DNA of 64,000 nucleotides, from assembly GCA_001938485.1 (NCBI GenBank), contig MQRK01254642.1:1-64000 (forward strand), read 5' to 3'. Position 1 is the stretch's first letter, and the number at the start of each line of letters is the position of its first letter. The DNA is from Girardia tigrina (Eukaryota). The notes below the pieces were generated by a model. It did no database searches and was not told the origin of the DNA. It saw only the letters and a program-made list of their open reading frames with translations. A program made the position numbers and the translations under genes. This document shows, piece by piece, positions 52,451-64,000 of the stretch.

Positions 52451-54955
52451 TAGTGTTCCCACCAGAGCTCTCTGGGGGAAACTTCCCCACAAAAATTTTT
52501 TACAGATTGTTAAAAAAATTTCAAAAAATATTTTAAAATTACAAATAAAAATGAAAAAGTATTTAAAAATTTAATTTATTGTAAAGTATATAGGTATTTA
52601 ACTTCAAGTTAAACTTTTTAAATTTTAAATTAAACTTTTATATTCCAACTAAATTCTTGAAACCCAAATTAACATTTCTTAATTTCAAATTCAAATGTTT
52701 TAAATTCCAAGTAACTTATATTAAATATAAATGCAATTTAATTATTAAGTTAAGTTATTTAGTTAAGTTGAACACTTCCTTAAATTTTAAAAATTGAAAA
52801 AAATAGGAGACACTGTTACTTATCTTTCTCATGACATTCCTGGTGAGCTTTTGCAAGTCATAAACGAACATTTAGAAACACATACACTAAAACAAATTAG
52901 ATCCGCCTCCCCATTGCAGTTATGGCTGATTAAGCAGCAGATTTGAGAAGATGAACTGTTTTGTCAGTTTGCATACGCGCTCTTACCATTAAAGGTGTTC
53001 CAGTGGAGACTTTCATCGGATTCAGAGAGTTGAAAAGTACTGAATCGGTGACAGTTACCGACGGTATTTTGGATGTGTTGGGAAAAATAGATATTCACCT
53101 CAAAGATGTATTGTATCTGTCCTTCGATAGTGTCAGGTACATGTCTAATAAAAAAATGGCAAGCAAGCTCTGCTGATTAAATATCACACCAAAGAGACGG
53201 TGTATATTCATTGTCCTAGCCACGCCTTACAGTTAGTGTGTGTGAATGCCACGCAAAGTATCCGGAAATTAAAAGGATCTTCTCCACTATAAAAAGAACG
53301 TGGCGGCTCCTCTACAACAGTCAGAAGAACCTCAGAAAATTTAAAGCAATTCAATACTTGCTTAATGGACCAGATAGAGATCTTATCCGGTCTGACAAAA
53401 CAAGATGGACATTCCGCTATCAGTGCAATCCATCGACAATCAAATATTTGGAATCAATATAAGTCACTTTGGAAGAAATTTATGCAGATGGTGACTTATC
53501 ATAAGAAGCTGCTGGTCTGCTGTTGAAACTTCAGACGTCAAAGGGAATTACTCTATTCTTTGCATTGAAACGTATTCTTCAGTCTCTCTTCGTTTTATCA
53601 AATCAGCTACAGTCTCCAAACTCTACTCTTGTGAGAATGGATGAGTTCATATCAACTGCCAAAGGCACTTCGAAAGAATTAATGGAAAATCCTTTTCTTT
53701 ATCAAGAAGAAACACAACACATCATTCAATCAAGGTCAACAGCTCTTTTTAGGGATATTAAATTCGATCTTGTTTCTATTCCTTCAAAAATTGTGAAACC
53801 TTTTATCATGTACCTGTTGAAAAAACTTTGCAGATCGATTTTTTGGTCAATTTATAGCGATGCACTCCATGAAATCATTATTTGACCCTTCATTAGATTG
53901 TCAAGGTGAGTACCTCAATTTTCTTGAGTTGCATACATTTCATACACAGTTAACATAACAATAAGCTTAGGTAAATATCGTATTGCAGTTGACTCGCCGC
54001 AAAATATGTAGCATTACTGATATCATCACAAACTTTGCTTTGCTGTTGTGTTAACTGTGTTAATTTCTGAAATGTAGTTAAAGAAAGGTTTTTGGTTTCA
54101 TATTAATTGTTTTTTTGTCGTTCAGATCGAGTGCGATCGGCCACACAGCAGAAAATGATTTGTGCAAGTCATACAGTTCTCAACAGCATAACAGAAAAAG
54201 CATTGGAGGAGTTCAATGTATTTCGCAACCATCTGGCGTTTCTTCAACAAAAGATAGTCATTCCTTTTTCTTAGGATGTGCTTCGATCTTTGGTGGATTC
54301 AACATAAGTTTTGGCTGGAACTTTTCTTAACATCTAAAAGGTGGTGTCAGTCATTTTTCTGTGTCCTTTAGAAATACCAAGTGTTGAGAGGTCGATCAGT
54401 GACATGAATAGGATCCTCACGCGTTTACGGCAACGTATATACGTCGAAAACTTGGAAGCATGTATGCTTGTCACGATGAGTGGTCCAGAAATGATGACAG
54501 ATGAGGAAGCGCGAGACATTGTCAAAAAATGGTACAAACAAAAGGAAAGAAGAATTCACATTCCACTTTTCCCATGTTATGATACACGGAATATTGTGAA
54601 CCAATGACCCACTTGTCGTTTTACTCTATTCTGATCTTTATTAGTGTGTTTCTTAGTTGAATTATAGTAAAAAGATGATCATCAATTTCTTTTTGTGCTT
54701 TTCTGGTGACTAATCACTATTGTGTTAATAACTCTCATGTGATGATATGGACAAAGTTTTTCCACTGGGAAAATAATTTCTTTCTTAATCAATTAAAAAC
54801 CCTTCTGTGTTTCTTTATGATAAATTATTATAATACCCCATTGCTTCATCATCAGTATCCGCTCTCATTTAGAATGGAAGAAACTGCATGCATATCGCGG
54901 TTCACCCATGTTTTCCGGTTTCCCCCTCAAAAGAAAAGTTCTGGCGGGAACACTG
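52451..54955 (+). mobile_element. hAT transposon (ZMYM1/Tip100-like), defective, both ends intact
   Basis: TIR YAGTGTTCCCRCCAGARC; perfect 8-bp TSD TATATAAG; LSVCIR..ETFIGF, SFDS, YIHCPSHALQL, TRW, SVERSISDMNRILTRLR. Confidence 0.93.
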
Positions 54956-56060
54956 TATATAAGTAAATGTTAGAATTTTGTATAATAAAAAAGCAAGTAG
55001 ACAATCATTTAAGAAATTAAGATAGCACACAAGCGGCCCTAGTCAGGACAATAAATTAAAAAAAACAGACTCCAAAAATATTGGTATTTATAGTAGAAGT
55101 AAAACATTCAAGTATCTTTCTCTGGCATCTGTGAGCAGTGCTAGAGTCCGAGCGCCTTCTAGTACTTTGGATCTGTAAAAGGAATAAGGCCCGACAGACC
55201 GACTCAGCGTGTGATTGGGATGATATAAAGTAAAATCCGAATAAAATTGATTAAATAAAATTATTAATAATTATTGTTACAACTGTCATTTCTACGCATT
55301 TGTATCTCCCACGAGGAACTTGCTATTATTGTTTAGATAATATTTTTAAATGTACATATTTGTTTAAATCATTAAAAATTTAATGAATATATATATTTCA
55401 TAAATGAAAATATTTATGTTTAAAAAAAGTAAAATTATATTTTTTCTATAAATAAATGGATAAAATAATAAGACTAGTAGGTAAAAGAAAAAACAAAGTC
55501 AAATTGTTTTAGAAGGATTCACTCTCAGAAAGTGAATTTCACCTCAGAATTAGAAATAAGAACTTAAAAAAACTTGACACGAGAATTCAGAATTCGTGAA
55601 ACTTGATCTGGTAAAGACTTCGTTTGCGTCGTTTACGTTAATATCTAAACTGATATTTTTGAATCACCTCCTGGATTGCAATTATTTGTATAAAAGTAGT
55701 TAAAAAGATTTAACAAGAGAGCGAGCGAAAATAAAAATTATTGAAGAAGAAAAAGTAATTGTTAAGAAATTTATATATTTATGAAATAAAGATATTTTCT
55801 TATTATTACTGCACTGAAAGGTGCTGTCTTATTTATTTCATGAAAGCATAATCCCGAATAGTCGCTAAGATTCTCTGCGAGACTAAAATCGGCTAGGAAC
55901 CAAATAAAGAACCATATATCATTATTCACTCAATTTTATAATCTGTAATTAAGTGTACATAAAAATAAAAGTTTAGAAAATCAATTACGTTTTGTTAATC
56001 AATTTTTAAAAAACACCAGATATATATTTACGTAATCGTATGCTTATTATGGGGATGTAT

Positions 56061-56063
<3 letters not shown>

Positions 56064-56095
<32 letters not shown>
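56064..56095. repeat. (AT)n microsatellite
   Basis: About 16 units. Confidence 0.95.
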
Positions 56096-56097
<2 letters not shown>

Positions 56098-56397
56098 CAA
56101 AAGAAAATTAGGTATTCTTTTCGGGATCTGATCGCACCTCGTTTTCGTCGCTCGTCGGCAGTCGTCAGATGAGTCTCGCCCTGGGTCGCAGTATGAAATA
56201 GAATATATTGATTGAATCAGTTGTCTTCGGATTCGCAAATGAGATAAGATTGTCTTAAGAGTTGTAAGCGATTGATAATGATTAGCTAAATATCTTGACA
56301 GAATATTTAGCAAAAGTTTAGCAAAGCAATTTATAAGTCCAAAGCTAAATGAGCACCGTTTTTATAGCAATATCAGTGTATGGAAGGACCGGAAGTC

Positions 56398-56786
56398 CAG
56401 TGGCGGNNNNNNNNNNNNNNNNNNNNGGGGGGGGGCATTCCGCCCCCCCCACGCCCCTGTTGGATTCTAAATGGCGCCCCCAAGATGACTTTTATAAATG
56501 TATAGTTTTGTGTACAAGAATTAGCTGCATTATGATTAAGTTTCATCCTTAATACTGACACAAGGTCTATGACACAGAAGAACTAAACAGATTGGTTTGG
56601 TATGTATTATTAAGTTAATAATAACATTTATTAACTGTACGCTCCCCGCAGTGGGAGCGTACAAATCGTGTATATTATAGTATTTACTCAATATTAAAAT
56701 TGGTATGGCTAGTACTACCTTTATCCTTTTTGGCGCCCCCTGAAAGTTTTCTCACCCCCACGCACCAAAATCTACATCCGCCACTG
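56398..56786. mobile_element. hAT-type MITE
   Basis: TIR CAGTGGCGG/CCGCCACTG; subterminal TGGCGCCCC and G/C runs; degenerate 8-bp TSD (5/8 match). Confidence 0.75.
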
Positions 56787-57489
56787 TGGGAGACTTTGGC
56801 GGCGCATGCAGTGTGTTACACAACCGTCATACCAGTGCCGCTAGAAATTTGACCACACTAGTTGACAACAAACTAATTCTATGAATCAGATCTTTGTTCC
56901 TGTCAGGTGGTGGCCATATTAAAAATGGTATGTTTTCCTTATTTGACCTTTGTATAATTAGTTAATTATTATGTTTTTCCAGAATTTTCCAAGGCTTTTC
57001 ACAGGTGATCGGACGGTGCAATCAGATGGCGAGGCACAGATATGAACTTCTGATGACACCCGCTTTTTCGAGGTTTTCAATTGACGTGTTGACTCAAAGT
57101 AGAACACCTGGAAGCAATATTGAAAATAAAGTAATTTATTATTATTGTAATTGAACATTTTGAACCATTTTTCAAACAGGAAAGGTGCTTGGAACATCAG
57201 AAGAGCTCACTGGGACGCAATGGATGACTTCCGACGACGGAAATGGTTTTTTTTAATTCAATAAATATTAATTCTAAAAATTCAGACTTTTGACTTATTA
57301 ATGTTCTTGTTGTTCTTATTATCATTTCGTTATTATTATTTGTTTTTAATAAATGCAGGTTTCTGTAAAATATGAGTACTGGTATATGGGTATTAATGAG
57401 CTAGATTAAGGAGCGTAAAGAATAATGAGGTACGACCACAACATAAAAATATACTGGAATAATGTACTTTTTGATAATTTTGGAGAAAT

Positions 57490-57841
57490 GGAACACCTCA
57501 AAGCAATTACACCTTCTAATTTTGAAGAAAGTCACACACCAATTCAACTACTTAACATAATTCTTGATCAAAAGCTTGGAAATATTTTTCATAATGTTTG
57601 AGTTGCTCTTCGCATCTTTCGTACTCTACTTGTATAAGTTGCTAAGACTGAAATGTCATTTAGTACACTGTCTAAAGTAAAGAACATCATGCGGTCAACA
57701 ACAATTCAGCAACGATTGACTGACTTGAGATTACTTGCAATGTACTCATCCTTAGTCCGGAAACTGAACTTTACCGATAATATTAACATATTTGCGTGCA
57801 AGACAGTTAGAATGGCGCTTTATATAAACAATGAATTTTAA
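57490..57841 (+). mobile_element. hAT dimerisation-domain remnant
   Basis: NV*VALRIFRTLLV*VAKTEMSFSTLSKVKNIMRSTTIQQRLTDLRLLA. Confidence 0.8.
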
Positions 57842-60221
57842 TTTAAAAAGCTTTGACATCCCTTTGTTTACAGGCATGCTTTTTAACAGTAAGTTTCAAA
57901 CTTATACGTAAAAAATTAATTTAATTATAATAAGAAATCATGTTTTTCAATCTCATGTTCTGTTCTTACTACCTTCAATTTTATAGTTTAACATTTATAC
58001 TGCTTTTGTGAGATTTTTGCAATTTCCTAAAAAATTCAAGAATTCATCCGACCTTCTCCTGCTCTGGGGCCCGTCTCTGTTATTGATGGCCCTCCGTGCT
58101 GGACCTATTTTAGAATATAAGTATTGATTAGACTGATCATCATCATCATTATTTTGATACTGAACAAGTTTTTATTCGAAATTTTAACAATTTTATTAAA
58201 AATATGTTCACAAAATATTAATAATCACTCTCACTGAAATGCATGAATCGTAACTCTACAAATTTACAAAGATTTTCAGGGTTCAAAAAAAATAAATTTA
58301 AATCTTAGCGTTTAAAAATAATTCAATTCTTTTCGGCATTTAAAATAATTCGCAAATTCGACTTAACTACAATCGTCCAAAGAAAACGCAATTCTACTCA
58401 CAAAAAATATTTAAGTGACAAAAATTATCTTTACCCCAAGACTCGGTCTGATTGGTTGACTAATCATTTCCTTTAATCTTACTCTGTGGAACAAAAATAT
58501 AAATTGGCATACACTGTCATGAATACACTATTACTACGCAATTGGTAAAACAAGACTCAATGAGTCATCGATTCAAACTCTTTGTTGAACAAAATTCAAA
58601 CTATTTTTTTAAATTTTATTATTTTTATTTTATTCTATTAATTATTTAATTTTCGTTTTAGTTTAATTTATATTATTATTTATCACATATTTATATTTAA
58701 GCAACAAGCGACAAAAATTTCAATGATTGTTAATCACGATAAATACAACAGCCAATGTCGATAATATTGAAGTTGTCTTATGCTAAGAGAGAGATGTTTT
58801 CAATATAATAATGATAACGAAATAATATTAATAAAGATTTATTCCGAAACACGATCAATTACTTCTTTTTTAAAACATTTAATTTCTTTTTCAGGTTTAT
58901 CCTCATTTTCTGGGAAATCCTTAATTGCATCTTTAACCTTTTCACATTCATTTTTCTATTCTTTACATTAGCTTACCATTTATATATATGTATCCATGGA
59001 ATTTAGAAACCTATTTTTAAAGGCCTTTTACTCAAGGCCTTTTCGCCTTTCACTAAAGAAATGGTAGAATTAATTAATAAAATACCGGTTAACCACTTTA
59101 ATAATAAAAATATCGAATTATTAATTGTGGTGGCCGAAGAGTTTCTGGATACAACTATAAAATCCATAAAATTTGACAAACAAACAATGGAGAACGAGCG
59201 TAAATGAACCCATGCCGATTGGAGGACTTTTCAGAAAGTTCAAATGCATGCGGTCATACTGGTGCCCGATTTGTGGACATGAACAAGGGAAACCTGAGAA
59301 ATCGACCGATATTCGACCGGCTAACCGACTGACCGGATAATGGAATAACGGAAATAGACGGTTTGAGTGATTCTAACGAAGGATATCGGAAGAATTTAAC
59401 TATTTTAAATAATAAAAACATAAATAGTCTAATAAATAAAAACTTTCATGATATATTTCTTCAGTTTTTAAATTATCAATCGTTTATAAAAAATTTAAAT
59501 AAATTATTTGATAATGGAAATATTAATTTGTCAATATTTGATAATTTTCTTAATGATAATTTAAAAAATGATATCTTTAATGAAAATAAAAGGACTTTTT
59601 AATCAAATTTGTCGAATTATTGAAAATATTCTTTAAAAGCAAAATAACAAAATAAATTTTAAAATGCTATTTATTGAATACTTTGTTAAATGCTTTTTTA
59701 AATTTATCAAAAGTAAACAATTCCAAACTAATTACAATACTGAATTTAATTCCGATGAAATAATTGAATTAAATAATGAAAATCTTAATTAATTATTTCT
59801 ATTATTTAGAAATAGAATCTTTGAAATTTTATTTAACAATTACATAGAAAATATTATTTTTAACGATGACGATGGCTGCACAACCGCTATTGATAAAAAT
59901 AAAAAGTATTTATAACAGTAGCGGTTTGAAAAACCAAAAATCGATTAATAATCATGAAATTAATAATATTGAAAAAATTAAAAATAATAATAAAAAGCAA
60001 ACATTTTCAGATCTGTTTAATAATATCAAATAATATCATTAATTCAAAAAATGGAAAAAAATTTTCCTCGCGAAAACCCTACGGGACCCGAAATAACTGG
60101 GGCGAGCCGTGCGGTCTCTAATGAGCTGCGTATAACTGTACAAAATAATACTAAAAATATAGAAAACTCTAGCGAGAAAAATGATAACTCTGAAAATAAT
60201 GAAAATAACACTATATTATCT

Positions 60222-60709
60222 TATTAAGAAAATTTAAACAAGTCTCATTTGAATTTTTATTGCAATTACATTTAGAGTCATTACAACTCTCAGAAGGTCT
60301 TTCATCGTTTGCCATCGTTCTAATTGATTTTCTTATTTCTGTTTTTAATCATGATTATTCGAACAATTTTTCTAAGTTATTTTTTAAAATATTTAACCTC
60401 TAAAAATATTAATTAAAAAATAATAATTTTTATCATTTCTCAATAAATCCCAAAATAATCAAACATGTCATCAAATTATTAAAAATGCATTTAATTTAAA
60501 TTTGACTAAAAATTATTAAACTTAATTTTAATTGTGAAATTAAAAATATGAACTTATCAAATGATTATTTTAATTATGTTCGAATAGTCAATCCTTTAAA
60601 TTTAATAAAAAAATACAAAGTTCCATCTGGGTGGGAAAATCACCATTCTAAATTCAACATACATCCTCAATACATTTACACAATCAAACAATTTAAAATA
60701 TTCCTCACA
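60222..60709 (-). mobile_element. Solo LTR-like family B
   Basis: TATTAAGAA...TTCCTCACA; perfect TSD TATCT. Confidence 0.85.
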
Positions 60710-60740
60710 TATCTAATGATCTAATATTATATAAATCTTC

Positions 60741-62643
60741 TGAGATTGCCGAAACACCTTTCCAAGAGATGATGACAAAGGTATTCGGAGGAATCAATGG
60801 TGCCACTGTATACTTAGATTATATCTTGGTATACAAAAAAGATCGGGAGCAACAGTATATTGTTTTGAATCAAGTTTTAGACATTATTAGGAAAGCAGGA
60901 TTGCGGGTGAACCCAGAAAAATGTCAATTGTTGAAAAGGGAAATTAAATTCCTTGGACATATAGTTAACGAAGACGGTGTTAAAACGGACCCGTCTAAGA
61001 TTGAAGCAATAAGAACGTTTGTGAAGCCAAAGTGTGTTATAAACTTACGCAGTTTTTTGGGCATTTGTAACTATTATCGACGATTTATAAAAGAGTATGC
61101 AAATAAAGCCAGAGTATTAGAATAATTATGCGGATCGAATAACTATAAAAAACTCAATTGGACAAGCGAGCTAGAGTTAGCATTCGAAGAGCTGAAGAAT
61201 GCATTAATTACAAGATCGTTATTGTGTTTTCCAGACATGAAAAGAGATTTTATTCTAGATACGGATGCTAGTTTCGACACCATTGGAGCCGTGTTAGCCC
61301 AGAGGGACGATCAATGAAAGGAAAGAGTTGTGGCTTATGGGTCGCGATCAATGAATAGCCACGAGAAGGGCTATTGTGTTACAAGAAAAGAATTGCTTGC
61401 CATGTATTATTTTTGTAACCATTTTATACATTTTCTGTATGGTAAACGGTTTATTTTGCGTACCGACCATAAAGCAATAACGTTTATGCTGAATACTAAG
61501 AAACTAATTACATCGCAGTTTCAAACGTGGATTAACTATCTGAGCAGTCTGGATAGGAAGTTAGAATTTCGAAAAGGATCTTTGCACACGAATGCTGATA
61601 TACTTTCAAGGATGAATTGTGATACGTGTACTCAATGTTTAATGCAACACGAGGAAGCTAAGAAAGAAAAAATCAAGACACGTGCACTAGATGTTGTATC
61701 AGAAGATGAAACCACAAAGCCACTAGAAAATATTATCTGGGAATGTTGGCACACGCGGGTGCAAGAAAAGTTGAGTATTATTTAAGAGACTTTAAGGATT
61801 TTGACAAGCTGAAAGGTAAGATCAAAGAGCTTGTACGCAGTTGTGAATCATGCCAAAAGTTTAAAACATATACGACAAAAACAAAAGAGAACACGATAAA
61901 ATTAGAAGCTACCTAGGTTTTCGAATGTATTTATGTAGATATTTGTGGACCGTTGAAAGAGACTTCTGGGAAAAAGAAATATATTCTAGGCATCATTGAT
62001 CAGTTCAGTAAATACATTACGCTATTAGCAATATCGAAACAAGATGAAGAGTCGATAATAAAAGGAATAATGCGGAATTGGATACTGAAATTTGGTTCTC
62101 CCAAGGCGATGAATGTGGATTGCAGTAAAGTTTTTGAATCAAAAAAGATGAAAGAGTTCGCAGAGAAACAGAATTTTGAAATTAGATTCTCCAGCCCTTA
62201 TCATCATAACACAAACGGACAAATTGAACGACAATTCCGTACGGTGAGAGAATTGATAAATGCAACATTGCATGAAAGAAAAAGTTCCGACTGGGCAGAG
62301 ATTCTACCGGATATAGAGTTCTCATTAAATGCCACATTACAGACGACTTTCGGGATGAGTCCAGCTGAAATCATTTTCGGAAGACGCATTAGCAGGGAGA
62401 AATGGGATGGAAAAAATAGCAAGACAATATGAGCGGGACGAGGGGCCTATCACACGAAGACAATTCTTCCCAGGAGATGATGTATTGGTAAAAGTAGAAT
62501 CTAGAAGAAATGATCAAGTGAGATACGACGGGCCAAATAAAGTAGTTCGAAAGTACATGATAGAAGATATGTGCTTGAAGATATGTCTGGTAAAACATGT
62601 GAAAGAAATGTGGAGAAAATTAAAAAATTCTTGAGTGCGGGGG
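60741..62643 (+). mobile_element. Ty3/Gypsy pol remnant (RT, RNase H, integrase) ending in a PPT-like tract
   Basis: YLDY (degenerate YxDD), LRSFLGICNYYRRF, LDTDAS, KELLA, RTDH, SPYHHNTNGQIER, YDGP; GAGTGCGGGGG then TGTAAG. Confidence 0.93.
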
Positions 62644-62850
62644 TGTAAGAGAGTGTTGTTGTTAATTTTTTAATTTTCAGAAATAAGAATTTTGGTTTTT
62701 AAAAATTTCGAATTATATTCGAAATTAAAAAAAATAATAGAAAATAGAATTAAAAAAAATAAAATAAAAAAAATAAAATTTGTTTAAATAACAAATTTAA
62801 ACTGTTGTAGATTAATAAATTTTGCAAGTTTTTAATTTCTTTTGATTTAG
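62644..62850 (+). mobile_element. Truncated 3' LTR of the Gypsy element
   Basis: TGT directly after the purine tract, followed by AT-rich sequence; end not defined. Confidence 0.5.
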
Positions 62851-62859
62851 AATGGAAGA

Positions 62860-63300
62860 TAATTCCCAACCTAACCATCATGAATCGAGAATGTGATTGG
62901 TCTGTGTCGGGAAGCCGGGTTGATTTACAAGTTTATAATCACGGAACCAAAGAACTCTGGCTTATAGATATAAAAACCACTTATGACACAACCAAAGCAC
63001 TTAAAGATGCTAGAGATAACAACAAAAAGAAATATAAAAGTCTTCTAACTGAATCAAAAGCGGCCCATAAAGGATGGACTGTAATATCAGAAGCAATTGT
63101 TGTCAGCTGTTTAGGATCTTGGCCCGACGATAATGATATACTGCTTAAAAACAAATTACATCTTTCAGGTAAAACTATAAAGAATTTAACCAAAATGAGC
63201 ATAGTGTAGAATATCAAATATTCCAACTCGACATGGCATAAACACAATATAGCCGGTCAATATAGCCCACTGATGTCAAATTCGGTGACGACAAATCTTA
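62860..63300 (+). mobile_element. REL-endonuclease C-terminus of an R2/NeSL-group non-LTR retrotransposon
   Basis: RVDL...LIDIK..YD.....AR..N..KY..L...AIVVSCLGSW...ND, continuing past a TAG as WHKHNIAGQY. Confidence 0.85.
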
Positions 63301-63695
63301 CCGACACAGTCACGACAGATGCACTAGTAGCCGGTTGATAACAATAATCTCCAACTCATGTCAAATATGCTCTATACAGCGACCATAGCTTTAAGCATTC
63401 AATGTATATCCCAGGATATCTTTACATATTTCAACTTGAAATTTTGTCACAATTTTCTCCAAACTTTGCACACTTAGTCATCTTCGATGACAATAAATGA
63501 TAATGGGAAAATTTGATCAAAAAACTTTTTAAGGTCACATTTGGGAAAAAACGGACCAATCGGAGTTCCTGAACAATATTAATTGAAATAGATTTACTTA
63601 TAAATAATAAGTAGTTTATATTACACTAAAAAATAAATTGAAAAATAAATAAAGTCTAGTAAACCGATTTAAAGTCTAACTAGTAAATCAAAAAA

Positions 63696-63851
63696 CGATT
63701 TTTTTATATCCATGCTTTATGCGGACGGTACTTTGCTTGGCCAACAGTATTTTTAAATTTTTTATTGTTTTTTTTGAAAATATTTTTTTAATTAAAATTT
63801 TCTTGGCAAAGTAGAGTTCTGTCTGCATAAAGAATGAATATAAAAAAATCG
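63696..63851. repeat. Imperfect ~50-bp inverted repeat (MITE-like)
   Basis: CGATTTTTTTATAT.CAT.CTTTATGC.GAC arms. Confidence 0.7.
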
Positions 63852-63853
63852 CT

Positions 63854-64000
63854 CAAGCCTCCAATGCCTACCTTTACTGCCCTGGTAAATTTGGTGGAGT
63901 TGGTCTTTCTTCTCTTGCAGATGAGTATCTAATTCAAATCATCTGTCACTCTTTCTTTATTCTCAAATCCCCTGATACAATTATTAAAGATGTTACTGAT
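63854..64000 (+). mobile_element. RT thumb region of a second REL-group non-LTR copy (runs off window)
   Basis: 49 open codons: QASNAYLYCPGKFGGVGLSSLADEYLIQIICHSFFILKSPD..., matching the YLY.P...GGLG motif. Confidence 0.75.

Noticed and set aside
24770-60709. Two very similar family B copies as the ends of one giant element or inversion
   Set aside because: Opposite orientation, each has its own TSD, and the neighbouring Gypsy pieces overlap in RT and are diverged.
1-64000. CRISPR arrays, tRNA/rRNA genes, prokaryotic operons
   Set aside because: No repeat-spacer periodicity or cloverleaf/rRNA motifs seen; spliceosomal introns and eukaryotic TEs dominate.

Overview
AT-rich (roughly 25-30% GC, estimated by eye), gapped eukaryotic sequence, almost certainly from an invertebrate animal. 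It contains one clear host gene: a 4-exon plus-strand gene (44504-50165, 834 aa when spliced) for a SAMD1/atherin-like chromatin protein. Its domains are a CpG-binding-type winged helix, a probable second winged helix, an AT-hook, a double PHD finger and a C-terminal SAM domain, with no MYST domain. Most of the rest is nested, decayed transposable elements: at least 11 solo-LTR-like inserts with 5-bp target-site duplications (TSDs), three Gypsy remnants, two mariners, several hAT elements, piggyBac, Tc1/IS630, RTE and REL-endonuclease non-LTR fragments, MITEs and foldbacks. The most unusual observations are: (1) an LTR-like family whose TSD-defined ends are TG...TA, not TG...CA; (2) a MITE resembling the horizontally transferred SPIN/URR1 elements; (3) a ~2.1-kb insert with an apparent antisense, multi-intron, polyadenylated transcript; (4) two dispersed copies of an unrecognised peptide; (5) a 277-bp inverted duplication spanning an LTR end and its flank. 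I found no RNA genes, CRISPR arrays or prokaryotic systems. Family assignments rest on recalled motifs, not database searches.
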